DNA of 63,922 nt, filler included, from Chiloscyllium plagiosum (taxonomy: Eukaryota), in NCBI RefSeq assembly GCF_004010195.1. It is 3 parts of one record of this genome, joined end to end, with 100 filler letters (N's around TTAATTAATTAA, not from the genome) between each part and the next. Parts side by side here need not be neighbours in the genome. Positions count along the whole stretch, not along the records: positions 27,990 to 56,063 come from NC_057714.1; positions 56,164 to 63,922 come from NC_057714.1; 1 more part is not named here. One strand, given 5' to 3'. Both the position numbers and the translations under genes were made by a program. Of the stretch, positions 50,510 to 62,600 are shown piece after piece. The notes beneath the pieces were generated by a model. The model made no database searches. It saw nothing but the letters and a program-made list of their open reading frames with translations, and had not been told where the DNA came from. Each line of letters opens with the position of its first letter. Position 1 is the stretch's first letter.

Positions 50510-51850
50510 ATTTTCTAGCCCTCTTGAAATAAATGCTAACATTGTATTTGACTTCCTAACTGCCAACTAAACCTGCATGTTAACCTTTACAGAAGCCTGA
50601 ACTATTTCCAATCCTTTTCCCCATTTAGAAAATAGTCCATGCCTCTATTCTTCCTACCAAAGTGCATAACCTCACACTTTCCCATGCTGTATTCTGTCTG
50701 CTGTTTCTTTGCCCAGTGTCCTAGCCTGTACAAGTCCTTCTGCAACCTCCCCGCTTTCTCAACAGTTGTCCCTCCACCTACCTTTGTGTCACCTATAAAC
50801 TTAACAACAGTTCCTTAGCTCAGCTCATTAATGTGTAAAGTGAATAAATCTGGCCCAAAACTGACCCCTACGAAATTCCACTAGTCACTGGCTGCCATCC
50901 AGAAAAAGACCTTTTGGTCTATACTCTCTGCCTTATGCCAGTCATCCAATCCTCTATCCATGCCAGTACCTTGCCCCTAACACCGTCTTATGGGAGACTC
51001 CTGTGCAGCACCTCATCAAAGGTTTTCTGGAAATCCAATGAGATCATGTCCACAGGCTCTCCTTTGTCTAACTCGTTACCTCCTCAAAGAATTCCAACAG
51101 ATTTGGTGGGTGTGACTTCACCTTGACGATACTGTGCTGACTCTGCCCTATTTTACTGGGCACTTCCACATACTCTGCAATCTCAGCCTTACAGTTTCCT
51201 GTCTTCTGGCCTACAGTTTCCTGTCTTCTGCCTCCCTCACTTCTTAAAAAGGATTTTACGTTAGCCATTTTCCAGTCCTCTTGGGCCCTCGCTGACTCCA
51301 CTGATTCCTGGGAGATCACCACCAATGTCTCTATAAAACCTTCAGCTACTTCCTTCAGAACTCTGAGGTGTAGTCCACCCAGTCCATTTGATTTATCCAC
51401 CTTCAGACCTTTCAGCTTCCCCAGCACCTTCCCCTTAGTGATGGCCACTACACTCACCTCTGCCCCCTGACTCTCTTGAAGTTCTGGAATGCTGCTGGTG
51501 TCTTTGCTGCTGAAAACTGATGTAAAGTACCTATTTGGTTCCTTTGCCATTTCTTTGTTCCCCATGACTACTCCTCCAGCCTCATTTTCCAGTGGTCCAA
51601 TGTTCACTTTTGCCTCTCTCTTACCTTTACATATCCCAAACTTTTCCAACTTTCTTCTAGGTTACTAGCTAGCTTACACTTATATTTCCTTTTCTCTCCC
51701 ATCATTGCTTTTTAGTTATCCTCTACTGGTTTTTGAAGGCTTCCCAATCCTTGGCCTTCCCACTAATCTTCAACATATTGTATGCTTGCTCTTTTGCTTG
51801 ACTCCCCATGCCAGCCACGATTGCCTCATCCTCTCCACTGCATATTTTTT
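50510..51850 (-). mobile_element. CR1-clade LINE internal fragment
   Basis: ORF 51068-51649 (NIGPLENE..YFTSVF..NLLEFFEEVT). Confidence 0.85.
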
Positions 51851-51864
51851 CTACCTTGCTGTGG

Positions 51865-51990
51865 AGGAAGTGAGGACTGCAGATGCTGGAGATCAGAGTC
51901 AAGAGTGTGGTGCTGGAAAAGCACAGCAGGTCAGGCAGCATCCGAGAAGCAGGAGAATCGACGTTTCAGGCAAGAGCCGTTCATCAGAAA
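51865..51990 (-). mobile_element. Penelope pseudo-LTR end
   Basis: GTGAGGACTGCAGATGCTGGAG..ATCGACGTTTCAGGCAAGAGCCGTTCATCAG. Confidence 0.75.
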
Positions 51991-52828
51991 CTTGCTGCTG
52001 TGTCCCCTGAATTACCCGTGTAGTGCTGGGACATCCAGAGTGCTGTTAATGAGGGAGTTCCAGGATTTTAATCCATTTTTATCGAGGCTTTGGAGAGGGT
52101 GTAGAAGAGATTTGTGAGAATGGTCCCTGGGTTCAGGGAGGTGGCTGTAATCCAGAGGGTGAGAGGGATGTTTTGCCAGCATGGGTTCAGATCATAGCAT
52201 TTGCTGAAATTTAAACTGAATTAATAAATCTAGAATTGACAGCTAGTCTCAGAAATGGTAACCGTCACCCTAACACCCAACTCACACAGTGTGCTTCCAT
52301 CTTCTCAACACACTGCTCGCATTTATTTCCCCTTTCTGTCAGTAATGGGCTGCTGGGCTGACAAGAGCAATAACTGGCATTGTTCTCTCTTACAGAATCA
52401 CAGGATCGTTGGACACCATTTGGCCTATCATGTTTGTGTCCAGTCTCTGAGTGAACATGCAGATGATGTCATTGTGCTGTCTTCCCCCCCATTCCTTGTG
52501 GATTCTTCATTTCCAGATGATAGTCCAGTTTGCTTTTGGGCCTCCACCACATTCTCAAGCAATGCTTTCCAGATCTTAAACACTCGCTGTTTGGAAACGA
52601 TTCTCCGCATGTCCCAACTGCTTATTTTGCCAATTATCTTAAATCTGCATCCCCTCTGCTCCTCAATCCTTCCACCAATGAGAACAGTCTCTCCCTATCT
52701 GCTCTGTCCTGATCCTTGGTGATTGTGAAAATTTGCTTTTATGGGACTTTTAGATAAGCACATGAGTATGTCCAATGACGGAGGGATATGGCCCAAGTGC
52801 AGGCAGGAGAGACTAATCTAATTTGGTG

Positions 52829-54740
52829 TCATAGAACATAGAACAATACAGCACAGAACAGACCCTTCGGCCCTCGATGGTGCGCCAACCTGTGAACTAT
52901 TCTCAGCTCATCCCCCTACACTAGCCCATCATCATCCATGTGCTTATCCAAGGATTGTTTAAATCTCCCTAAGGTGGCTGAGTTGACTACATTAGCAGGT
53001 AGGGCATTCCACGCCCTTACCACTCTCTGCGTAAAGAACCTGCCTCTGACATCTGTCTTAAATCTATCACCCTTCAATTTGTATCCATGCCCCATTGTAC
53101 AAACTGACGTCATCATCCTAGGAAAAAGACTCTCACTGTCTAACCTATCTAATCCTCTGATCATCTTGTATGTCTTTATCAAATCCCCTCTTAGCCTCCT
53201 TCTTTCCAATAAGAATAGACCCAAGTCTCTCAGTCTTTCCTCATAAGACCTTCCCTCTAGACCAGGCAACATCCTGGTAAATCTCCTCTACACCTTTTCC
53301 AATGCTTCCACATCTTTCCTGTCAGAGGGCGACTGGAACTGTACACAATATCCCAAGTGTGGCTGCACTAGTGTTTTATACAGTTGCAGTAAGACATTAC
53401 GGTTCCAAAACTCAATCCCTCTACTCATAAAACTTAACACACCGTATACCTTCTTAACAGCACTATCCACCTGGGTGGCAACTCTCAGGGATCTATGTAC
53501 ATGGACTCCAAGATCCCTCTGCACATCCACACTACCAAGAATCTTTCCATTGACCCAGTACTCTGCCTTCCTGTTATTCTTCCCAAAGTGCATCACCTCA
53601 CATTTAGCTGCATTGAACTCCATTTGCCACAACTCAGCCCAATTCTGCAATTTATCCAAGTCTCCCTGCAACCTGTAATATTCTTCCACACTGTCCACTA
53701 CTCCACCGACTTTAGTGTCATCTGCAAATTTACTAACCCATCCACCTATGCCTGCATTTAAATCATTTATAAAAATGACAAACAGCAGTGGTCCCAAAAC
53801 AGATCCTTGTGGCACATCACGAGTAACTGGACTCCAGACTGAATATTTTCCATCAACCACCACTCGCTGCCTTCTTTCAGAAAGCCAATTCCTAATCCAA
53901 ACTGCGAAATCACCCTCAATCCCATGCCTCTGTATTTTCTCCAACAGCCTACCACATGGAACCTTTTCAAAGGCTTTACTGAAGTCCATGTATACCATGT
54001 CAACTGCCCTACCCTCATCTACATGCTTGGTCACCTTCTCAAAAAACTCAATGAGGTTTGTGAGACATGACCTGCCCTTGATGAAACCATGTTGACTATC
54101 TGAAATCAAATTGTTGCTAGTGAGATGATTATAAATCTTATCTCATATAATCCTTTCCAAAACTTTTCCTACAACAGAAGTAAGACTCACTGGTCTATAA
54201 TTACCTGGATCATCTCTATTGCCCTTCTTGAACAAGGGCACAACATTTGCAATCCTCCAGTCCTCTGGTACTAAACCTGTAGACAATGACGATTCAAAGA
54301 TCAAAGCCAAAGATTCCACCATCTCCTCCCTAGCATCCCAGAGAATCCTCGGATAAATCTCATCCTGCCCAGGGGGCTTGTCTACTTTCACTCTTTCTAG
54401 AATTGATAACACCTCTTTGTAACTAACCTCGATCCTTTCTAGTCTAATATTTCGTACCTCATTCTTCTCCTCTACAATATTCTCCTTTTCCTGAGTGAAA
54501 ACCGATGAGAAATATTCGTTTAGCACCTCTCCAATCTCCACAGGGTCCACACACAACTTCCCACTTCTGTCTTTGACCGGCCCTATTCCTACCCTAATCA
54601 TCCTTTTATTCCTCACATACCTACAGAAAGCTTTAGGGTTCTCCTTTATTCTATTTGCTAAAGACTGCTCGTGTCCTCTCTTTGCTCTTCTTAACTCTCT
54701 CTTTAAATTCTTCCTAGCTGACCTGTAACTCAGAAATCCT
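52829..54740 (-). mobile_element. Comparatively well-preserved CR1-clade LINE 3' half
   Basis: Consecutive ORFs 54143-54754, 53288-54109, 52916-53272 with the full RT motif set; (CATAGAA)n tail. Confidence 0.95.
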
Positions 54741-54984
54741 TCCATATTTGGCACAACTTCGTGGGCTGAAGGGCCCGTTCCTATGCTGTACTGCTCTATG
54801 TTCTAAATTGTACCTGCAATCACTGGTTTGAAATCGAGACTCATCACCACATCACTGGCACTCAGGTCTGCAGAGGGAGATGTCATGGAACAGTAAGGTT
54901 GCTGGTTTCAGAAGTTCAGGTTAATGATCAACTGACACCAGTTCAAACCCCACCACAGCCACTAGTGGATTCTGAAGTCATAAA

Positions 54985-56063
54985 ACATAGAACATAGAAC
55001 AGTACAGCACAGAACAGGCCCTTCAGCCCACGATGTTGTGCCAACCACTAATCCTCATGTATGCACCCTCACATTTCTGTGACCATATGCATATCCAGGA
55101 GTCTCTTAAATGTCCCCAATGACCCTGCCTCCACAACTGCTGCTGGCAATGCATTCTATGCTCTCACAACTCTCTGTGTAAAGAACCTGCCACTGACATC
55201 CCCTCTATACTTTCCACCAACCAGCTTAAAACTATGGCCCCTCGTGTTCGTCATTTCTGCCCTGGGAAATAGTCTCTGGCTATCGACTCTATCTATGCCT
55301 CTCATTATCTTGTATACCTCAATTAGGTCCCCTCTTCTCCTCCTTTTCTCCAATGAAAAAAGTCCGAGCTCAGTCAACCTCTCCTCATAAGATAAGCCCT
55401 CCATTCCAGGCAGCATCCTGGTAAACATCCTCTGAACCCTCTCCAAAGCATCCACATCTTTCTTATAATAGGGCGACCAGAACTGGACGCAGTATTCCAA
55501 GTGCGGTCTAACCAAAGTTTTATAGAGCTGCAACAAGATCTCACGACTCTTAAACTGAGTTGGAGGTTTGGATTAGGAGTTGACTGGCTGGAAGAAAACA
55601 GAGGGTAGTAGTTGATGGCAAAGGTTCATCTTGGAGTGCCGTCACTAGCGGAGTTCTGCAAGGATCTGTTTTGGGACCATTGCTGTTTGTCATTTTTATA
55701 AATGACCTGGAAGAGGGGTTAGAAGGTTGGGTGAGCAAGTTTGCGGATGATACGAAAGTCGGAGGAGTTGTAGACAGTGAGGAAGGATGTGGCAGGTTAC
55801 AGCAGGATATAGAGAAGCTGCAGAGCTGGGCAGAAAGGTGGCAAATGGAATCCAATGTAGCTAAGTGTGAGGGGATTCACTTTGGGAAGAATAACAAAAA
55901 GATGGGGTACTGGGCTAATGGTCGGATACTTGGTAGGGGTGACTTGATTGAGGTGTACAAGATGATTAGGGGGTTAGATAGGGACGACAGTATGAACCTT
56001 TTCCCGCGTATTGAGTCGGGTATTACAAGGGGGCATAGCTTTAAATTAAGGGGGGCTAGATAT
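54985..56063. mobile_element. CR1 3' end on minus (54985-55556) abutting CR1 RT sequence on plus (55557-56063)
   Basis: ORF 55156-55536 (-) and ORF 55671 onward (+). Confidence 0.85.
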
Positions 56064-56163
56064 NNNNNNNNNNNNNNNNNNNNNNNNNNNNNNNNNNNNN
56101 NNNNNNNTTAATTAATTAANNNNNNNNNNNNNNNNNNNNNNNNNNNNNNNNNNNNNNNNNNNN
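56064..56163. other. Assembly gap with artificial six-frame-stop linker TTAATTAATTAA (56108-56119)
   Basis: 44 N + TTAATTAATTAA + 44 N. Confidence 0.97.
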
Positions 56164-56290
56164 TGTGGGTTCGGGGGGGAGCTCGCACAGAGAGGCTGGG
56201 GGTTCGGGGGGGGAGCTCGCACAGTGGCTGGGTGTTTAGGGTGGAGCTCGCACAGAGAGGCTGGGGGTTCGGGGTTCGCGGGGGCAGAGG
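56164..56290 (+). repeat. G-rich tandem repeat, unit about 31-34 bp (GAGCTCGCACAGAGAGGCTGGGGGTTCGGGGGGG), truncated by the gap
   Basis: Three GAGCTCGCACAG cores with G-runs. Confidence 0.85.
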
Positions 56291-56687
56291 GCAAGTTGGA
56301 AACATTTTGGACATGCAAATCTTACTCCAGCATAGGTCCAAAGTTTGTTTATTTCAATAAAGATGAGAGAAATAATCACCTAAAGAGCCTGTCCATGTGA
56401 AATCACACTTTGGGGCTCAGCTGCAGGATATGTTAAGTCTATAAGCGGCTGTTTTTCAGCTCTGTCCCTTTTATTGGGAGAGCAATGAGTGCTCCCCATG
56501 TGGGTACAATCAGGCTCCCTCACCCTCCAGCTCAGACTTAACCCGCATTTCACATCCGCACATCTCTATCTGTCAGTGACTGCCATCCCTAGGAACCTGA
56601 ACTTTCAGAGACAGTAAATAACTGAACTCTCTAATGGCAGAAGGGCACAGTGGGCCAGACTGACTACTCCTGCTCCTGTTTCTTATC

Positions 56688-57460
56688 GAACATAGAACAG
56701 TACAACACAGTACAGGCCCTTCAGCCCGCAATGTTGTGCCTATCTTTTATCTTACTCGAAGATCAGACTGACCTTCATCCCCTTCATTGTCCTAACTTCC
56801 ACGCGCCTATCCAAAAGTTGCTTAAATGTCCCCATTGTCTCTGACTCTACTACCACCACTGGCAGTGCATTCCACATACCTACCACTCTCTGTGTAAAGA
56901 ACGCACCTCTGACATCTCCCCTAAACCTTCCTCCAATCGCCTTAAAATTATGCTGCCTTCATGACAGTCATTTCCACCCTGGGAAAATGTCTCTGGCTAT
57001 CCACTCTACCTACGCCTCTCAACATCTTGTAAACCTCTTTCAAATCACCCCTTATCCTTGTTCGTTCAAATGAGAAAAGCCCTAGCTCCCTCAACCTTTC
57101 TTCATAACACATGCCCTCCAGTCCAGGCAGCATCCTGGTAAATCTCCTCTCTAAAGCTTCCACATCCTTCCTATAATGAGGCACTCAGAACTGAACACAA
57201 TATTCCAAGTGTGGTCTAACCAGGGCTGTTTAGACTTATCTATCCTCATGTTTTTCAAATTTTTTGGCAAATCCTCCTTCTTAACATCAACATGTTCTAC
57301 CGTATCAGTCTGTTTCACGCTGTCCTCACAAACGACAAGGTCCCTCTTATTAGTGAATACTGAAGCAAAGTATTCATTAAGGACCTCCCGTATCTCCTCC
57401 AACTGTCCCTGATCGGCCCTACCCCCACTCTGGCCATCCTCTTGTTCCTCACGTAAGTGT
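56688..57460 (-). mobile_element. CR1 3' end with large internal deletion
   Basis: ORFs 56948-57184 and 57151-57402. Confidence 0.85.
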
Positions 57461-57589
57461 TCTAACTAAAACAAATAGTACTAGTGGTCTCAGACAGGCT
57501 CCAACCATTCACGTCTCTCCTGATCACTGGAAACCAACCAGATCACATACACATCAATACTGTCATAAATGATTGATTCAAAAGGGAAT

Positions 57590-58640
57590 GTGATGGCCTA
57601 GTGGTAGGCCATCGCATTAATCTATAAACTGGACTATTAATCTAGAAACTCAGTTAATGTTCTGGGGACCTGGGTCTGAATCCTGCCACGGCAGCTGGTG
57701 GAATTTGAATTCATTAAGATTCTACTGATGACCATGAATCTATTGTCAGGAAAAAAACCCCACCTGGCTCACTAATGTCCTTCAGAGAAGGAAATCTGGC
57801 ATCCTCATCTACATGGAGGCTGAGGGAGGGGTGACCTTCTAGAGGTTTATAAAATCATAAGGGGCATGGATAGGGTAAATAGACAAGGTCTTTTCCCTGG
57901 GGTGGGGGAGTCCAGGGTCTAGGGTGAGAGGGGAAAGATATAAAAGGGACCTAAGGGGCAACTTTTTCACGCAGAGGGTGGTACGTGTATGGAATGAGAT
58001 GCCAGAGGAAGTGATGGAGGCTGGTACAATTGCAACATTTAAAAGGCACCTGGATGGGGAAATGAATAGGAAGGGTTTGGAGGGATTTGGGCCAAGTGCT
58101 GGGAAATGAGGCTACACTAGGTTGGGATATCTGGTTAGCATGGGCGAGTTGGACCAAAGGGTCTGTTTCTGTGCCGTACATCTCTATGAGCGGCACGGTG
58201 GCACAGTGGTTAGCACTGCTGCCTCACAGCGCCAGAGACCCGGGTTCAATTCCTGCCTCAGGCGACTGACTGTGTGGAGTTTGCACATTCTCCCCGTGTC
58301 TGCGTGGGTTTCCTCCGGGTGCTCCGGTTTCCTCCCACAGTCCAAAGATGTGCAGGTCAGGTGAATTGGCCATGCTAAATTGTCAGTAGTGTTAGGTAAG
58401 GGGTAAATGTAGGGGTATGGGTGGTTTGCGCTTTGGCGGGTCGGTGTGGACTTGTTGGGCCGAAGGGCCTGTTTCCACACTGTAAAGTAATCTAATCTAA
58501 TTCAAGACTCTTATGTGACTCCAGATCCACTGCAATGTGTCTGAAATGGCCTAGCAGGCCACTCAGTTCAATGGGAGCCTGGGATGGGTAATCAATGCTG
58601 GTCAACCAGCAATGCTAACGTCCCATGACGGAATTAAAAA
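57590..58640 (+). mobile_element. tRNA-headed SINE (57590-57815 + 58512-58640) interrupted by a CR1 3' end (57816-58188) and an HE1 SINE
   Basis: A box TGGCCTAGTGGT, B box GGGTCTGAATCC; body matches 23330-23600; tail matches the LINE 3' end at 47600-47670. Confidence 0.75.
58189..58500 (+). mobile_element. HE1-type V-SINE
   Basis: Full-length consensus-like copy with (TAATC)n tail. Confidence 0.93.
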
Positions 58641-58793
58641 TAAATCCTCAATCATCTGGGAATTAGAGTTGGGCACAGTGCTGCAGCTACTGTAAACCAT
58701 GGGACCATCGTTACTTTGCAGCTAAAGAAGAGCAGAACACAATAGGGAGAGAATTGTAACCGTAGACTCATTCTCGCTCTCTTGCCACTTTAC

Positions 58794-58974
58794 CTGCGGG
58801 TTTCTCGAAGGTGATCACAGCATAGTTGCCCTGTCGTCTAATAGAGGTGATGGCCCCTCCTCCAGAGCAGCGCTTACTCTCAAAGTAAAGGGTCACAAAA
58901 TCCAAGGGTATGTCATCTGTGATGCCATGTACCTCCAGGACCACATCATCTGTGGGTTGTTCCATCTTGCTTTT
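58794..58974 (-). CDS. Exon encoding a PARP10-like (PARP10/PARP14-type) N-terminal RRM, probable start codon at 58965
   Basis: Strong acceptor (CCTCCTTTGTGTGTTCTCTACAATCACAG|), ATG in Kozak context AAGATGG, and phase-1 donor GCAG|GTAAAG. Peptide VLEVHGITDDIPLDFVTLYFESKRCSGGGAITSIRRQGNYAVITFEKPA matches the motif VEV.G.....L.LYFE....SGGG.......TF..PA that I recall for the PARP10 N-terminus. Orthology cannot be established from one exon. Confidence 0.78.
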
Positions 58975-59361
58975 CTGTGATTGTAGAGAACACACAAAGG
59001 AGGGAAACCTCAGTTACAAAGAAACCAACCTGGCCTTGGCCTGCCAACATCCGAATTGCTAGCAGGAAAGAGAAACATCAGTTCGAAGCACAGAGTATTA
59101 ACAGAGTGAAGGTCACCATTAAATCCAGTTCCCATAAGATTGCTCGGATCAGAGAGGATTGAGACTGACTTACACACATACGATTAAAAGGAACAAGTAG
59201 ACCTAGAGCTTATTCTGCCATTCAATCAGATCAGGGGACATTCAATCACTCCCCCTTCACAGCTACCCCTCAATAACTTCACTTGCTTTTAAAGAATCAT
59301 GAATGCAGCACATGAGGAGGCCATTTGGTCCATCTGATCCACACTGGCTCCTTATTACATT

Positions 59362-59448
59362 CCTGAAGAAGGGCATATGCCCATATTCTCCTGCTCCTTA
59401 GATGCTGCCTGACCTGCTGCGCTTTTCCAGCAACACATTTTTCAGCTC
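59362..59448 (+). mobile_element. Short Penelope pseudo-LTR end
   Basis: CCTGAAGAAGGGCATATGCCC..GATGCTGCCTGACCTGCTGCGCTTTTCCAGC; flanked by GCTCCTTATTACA repeats. Confidence 0.7.
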
Positions 59449-59603
59449 CTTATTACAGCAATGCAGAATGAATCCCATTGTCCTGCACACATCCAACATG
59501 CTGCTATCACCCACTTCAAATGTGTACTGTGTTCCCTTAAACGGGGCAATGGACTCTGCCTCAAACACTCAGTGCTCTCAAAACACTCTTTCTCAAGACC
59601 TCA

Positions 59604-59836
59604 ATGTGGAGTTTGCACATTCTCCCTGCGTGGGTTTCCTCTGGGTGCTCCAGTTTCCTCCCAAAATCCAAAAGATGTGGAGGTCAGGTGAATTGGCCAA
59701 GCTAAATTGCCTATTGTGTTAGGTGCATTTGTCAGAGGGAAATGTAGAGGAATGGTTCTGGGTGGGTTATTCTTCGGAGGATTGGTCTGGACTTAGTGGG
59801 CCAAATAGCCTGTTTCCACACTGTAGGGAATCTAAT
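59604..59836 (+). mobile_element. 5'-truncated HE1-type SINE
   Basis: V-domain and tail present. Confidence 0.85.
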
Positions 59837-60399
59837 CAAAAACAAAACTGGCCTCTCCCTCCACTCCACACAAGTGACAATTTCAATTTGTCAACCACTT
59901 CTTATTGGCTGTCTAGTCAAGAGAAGTCTCAGATTCTGCAGAAACTGGAAATCGGAAATACAAGCAGAGACAAATCAAATTGCGCAGCCAGTCTGCACGG
60001 TGACCGAAATGGACATGAACTCCAATTCTCTCTTCACCAATGCTGATGAGTATTTTCAGAATTTCCTTTTCTTATTTCAAAAATAAATTTGCTGCATTAT
60101 AAAAGTCTTGCTACAACAGTACAGGACAAAGGTGAGACCACACCTTTAGGACTTTGCACTGTTTTGCTGTCCTGACTTGAGGAAGGGTAGTCTGCTTCAG
60201 AAAGCTGTTTCACGAAAGCTCATTAGGCTGATTCCTGGGAAGAAGCTGTTGCCTTATGACCAAGGCACGGTCAGTTTGGAGCTTTAGCTGCTGAAATTTA
60301 GAAGGATGAGAAATTATTCTGTTAAAACATTACATTCCAAGGGCATTGTTTCTCCTTGTGGGAGAGTCTAGAGGAATGAGGGCTTGCACATTTGAGGTA

Positions 60400-60690
60400 G
60401 AGGTAAAAACAATGACTGCAGATGCTGGAAACCAGATTCTGGATCAGTGGTGCTGGAAGAGCACAGCAGTTCAGGCAGCATCCGAGGACCGGACAAGTCA
60501 AGGGGATCGTGTTGCTGGAGGTTAGAAACTAGGATGAGGTGGGGGAAGGGGAAATGAGGAAGCTGTTGAAGTCCACATTGATGCCCTGGGGTTGAAGTGT
60601 TTCGAGGAGGAAGATGAGGCGTTCTTCTTCCATGCGTCTGGTGGTGAGGGAGCGGCGGTGGAGGAGGCCCAGCACCTCCATATCCTCGGC
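60400..60690 (-). mobile_element. Penelope-like 3' fragment (GIY-YIG C-terminus + pseudo-LTR) inside decayed CR1 sequence (60090-61090)
   Basis: Minus strand encodes RRMEEERLIFLLETLQPQGINVDFNSFLIS. Confidence 0.8.
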
Positions 60691-61249
60691 AGAGGTAGAC
60701 ATGAGGAGGAATTTCTTCTCTCAGAGAGTTGTGAATCTATGGAATTCTTTACCGCAGAGGGATATCGAGGCTGGGTCATCAATTATATTTAAGGCTGAGA
60801 TAGGCAGATTTTTACTCAGTAAGAGAATCAAGGGCTGCAGTGAAAAGGCTGGAATATGAAGTTGAAGTTTATCAGATCAGTCTTGAATTCATTGAATGGC
60901 AGAATAAACCCAATAAACACACAATTATGTGCTGTCTTATTGGTGGATTGAGAATGTTCTGCCCCATGGAACTCGGAGACACTTTAGAAATAAGGGGGTC
61001 ACACATCGGAGCTGAAAATAAGGAGGAATTTCTTCTCTCAGAGTAGAAGTGGAATTCCCTACCCCAACCTCTATGAGGCACCCTCTTTGAATTTATTCAA
61101 ACAGATTTTTGATTGACAAGTTTTCTGGGAAGCAGGCAGCTACGTAGAGACGATTAAATTATTAGTGAATGCTGGAATAAGTTAGATGTATACTGCCCGT
61201 ACTTATATCATCTTACATTCCCACTAAATGGGAATGTAAGATGATGATT

Positions 61250-61556
61250 GGGCAGCACGGTGGCACAGTGGTTAGCACTGCTGCCTCACAGCGCCAGAGA
61301 CCCAGGTTCAATTCCCGCCTCAGTGTGGAATTTGCACATTCTCCCCGTGTCTGCGTGGGTTTCCTCCGGGTGCTCCGGTTTCCTCCCACAGTCCAAAAAT
61401 GTGCAGGTTAGGTGAATTGGCCGTGCTAAATTGCCCATAGTGTTAGGTGAAGGGGTAAATGTAGGGGAATGGGTCTGGGTGGGTTGCTCTTCAAGGGTCG
61501 GTATGGACTTGTTGGGCTGAAGGGCCTGTTTCCACACTGTAAGTAACCTAATCTAA
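61250..61556 (+). mobile_element. HE1-type V-SINE
   Basis: Full head, V-domain and tail. Confidence 0.93.
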
Positions 61557-61963
61557 ATGGCACACGTACACGTTAGACCTCATTCTTACAGGTCCCACTT
61601 TGTGTAACACACAGGCAGTGCACGAGACAGTCATCACAGTAAAGGAGAGTTTGTTCATTCAATAGCTCTTTTGAGGAGCCAGCATATCCCTGACTGGCCA
61701 AATCGATTCCCTTCACATAGTATCATTCTAAGTGCAACATGACAGATCTCAATTCTAACCTGCAGATTCAAGAGCAGGATAGAAACCAGTCGATACTCTA
61801 TAACACAGTCTGAAATGAACCCACCCCAACCCCCACCCTCGAAAGGGTCCCAGTTTATAAATTAAAACAAAAAGAAGTGGTGAAGTCAGTCATATTTGAC
61901 CAATGACTGAAGACAAACTCAGATACCAATAGTTAAATTGGTACGAGCTGAGAATAGTTCACG

Positions 61964-62277
61964 AGGGCGGCACGGGGTGGCACAGTGGTTAGCACTGCTG
62001 CCTCACAGCGCCAGAGACCCAGGTTCAATTCCCACCTCAGGCAACCGTCTGTGTGAGGTTTGCACATTCTCCCCCTGTCTACATGGGTTTTCTCCGGGTG
62101 CTCCGGTTTCCTCCCAAACACATGCAGGTTAGGTGAATTGGCCATGCTAAATTGCCCATAGTGCTAGGTGAAGGGGTAAATGTAGGGGAATGGGTTTGGG
62201 TGGGTTGCGCTTCGGCGGGCCAGTATGGACTTGTTGGGCCGAAGGGCCTGTTTCCACACTGTAAGTAATCTAATCTA
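61964..62277 (+). mobile_element. HE1-type V-SINE
   Basis: Full head, V-domain and tail. Confidence 0.93.
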
Positions 62278-62600
62278 AAAAAAATTAAATGAAGTTTACA
62301 GTCTAGCTATTTTTGTTGGAAAGACTGCTGTACTAATCTTTTTATTAAGATTTAGATTTTAGATTTTATTGTCACATGTACTCACATACAGCAGTACAGT
62401 GAGAAGTGTATACTGTATAATGAGAAGTGTATAACTACAAATTGAGGGGTGATAGATTTATGAGAGATGTGAGAGGCAGGTTCTTTATGCAGAGAGTGAT
62501 AAGGGTGTGGAATGCCTTACCTGCTAATGTAGTTACCTCAGCCACATTAGGGAGATTTCAACTGTCCTACGATAAGCACATGGATGATTTTGGGATGGTG

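Noticed and set aside
53288..54754. Long RT ORFs as an active or domesticated gene
   Set aside because: Interrupted by stops and 5'-truncated: ordinary CR1 copies.
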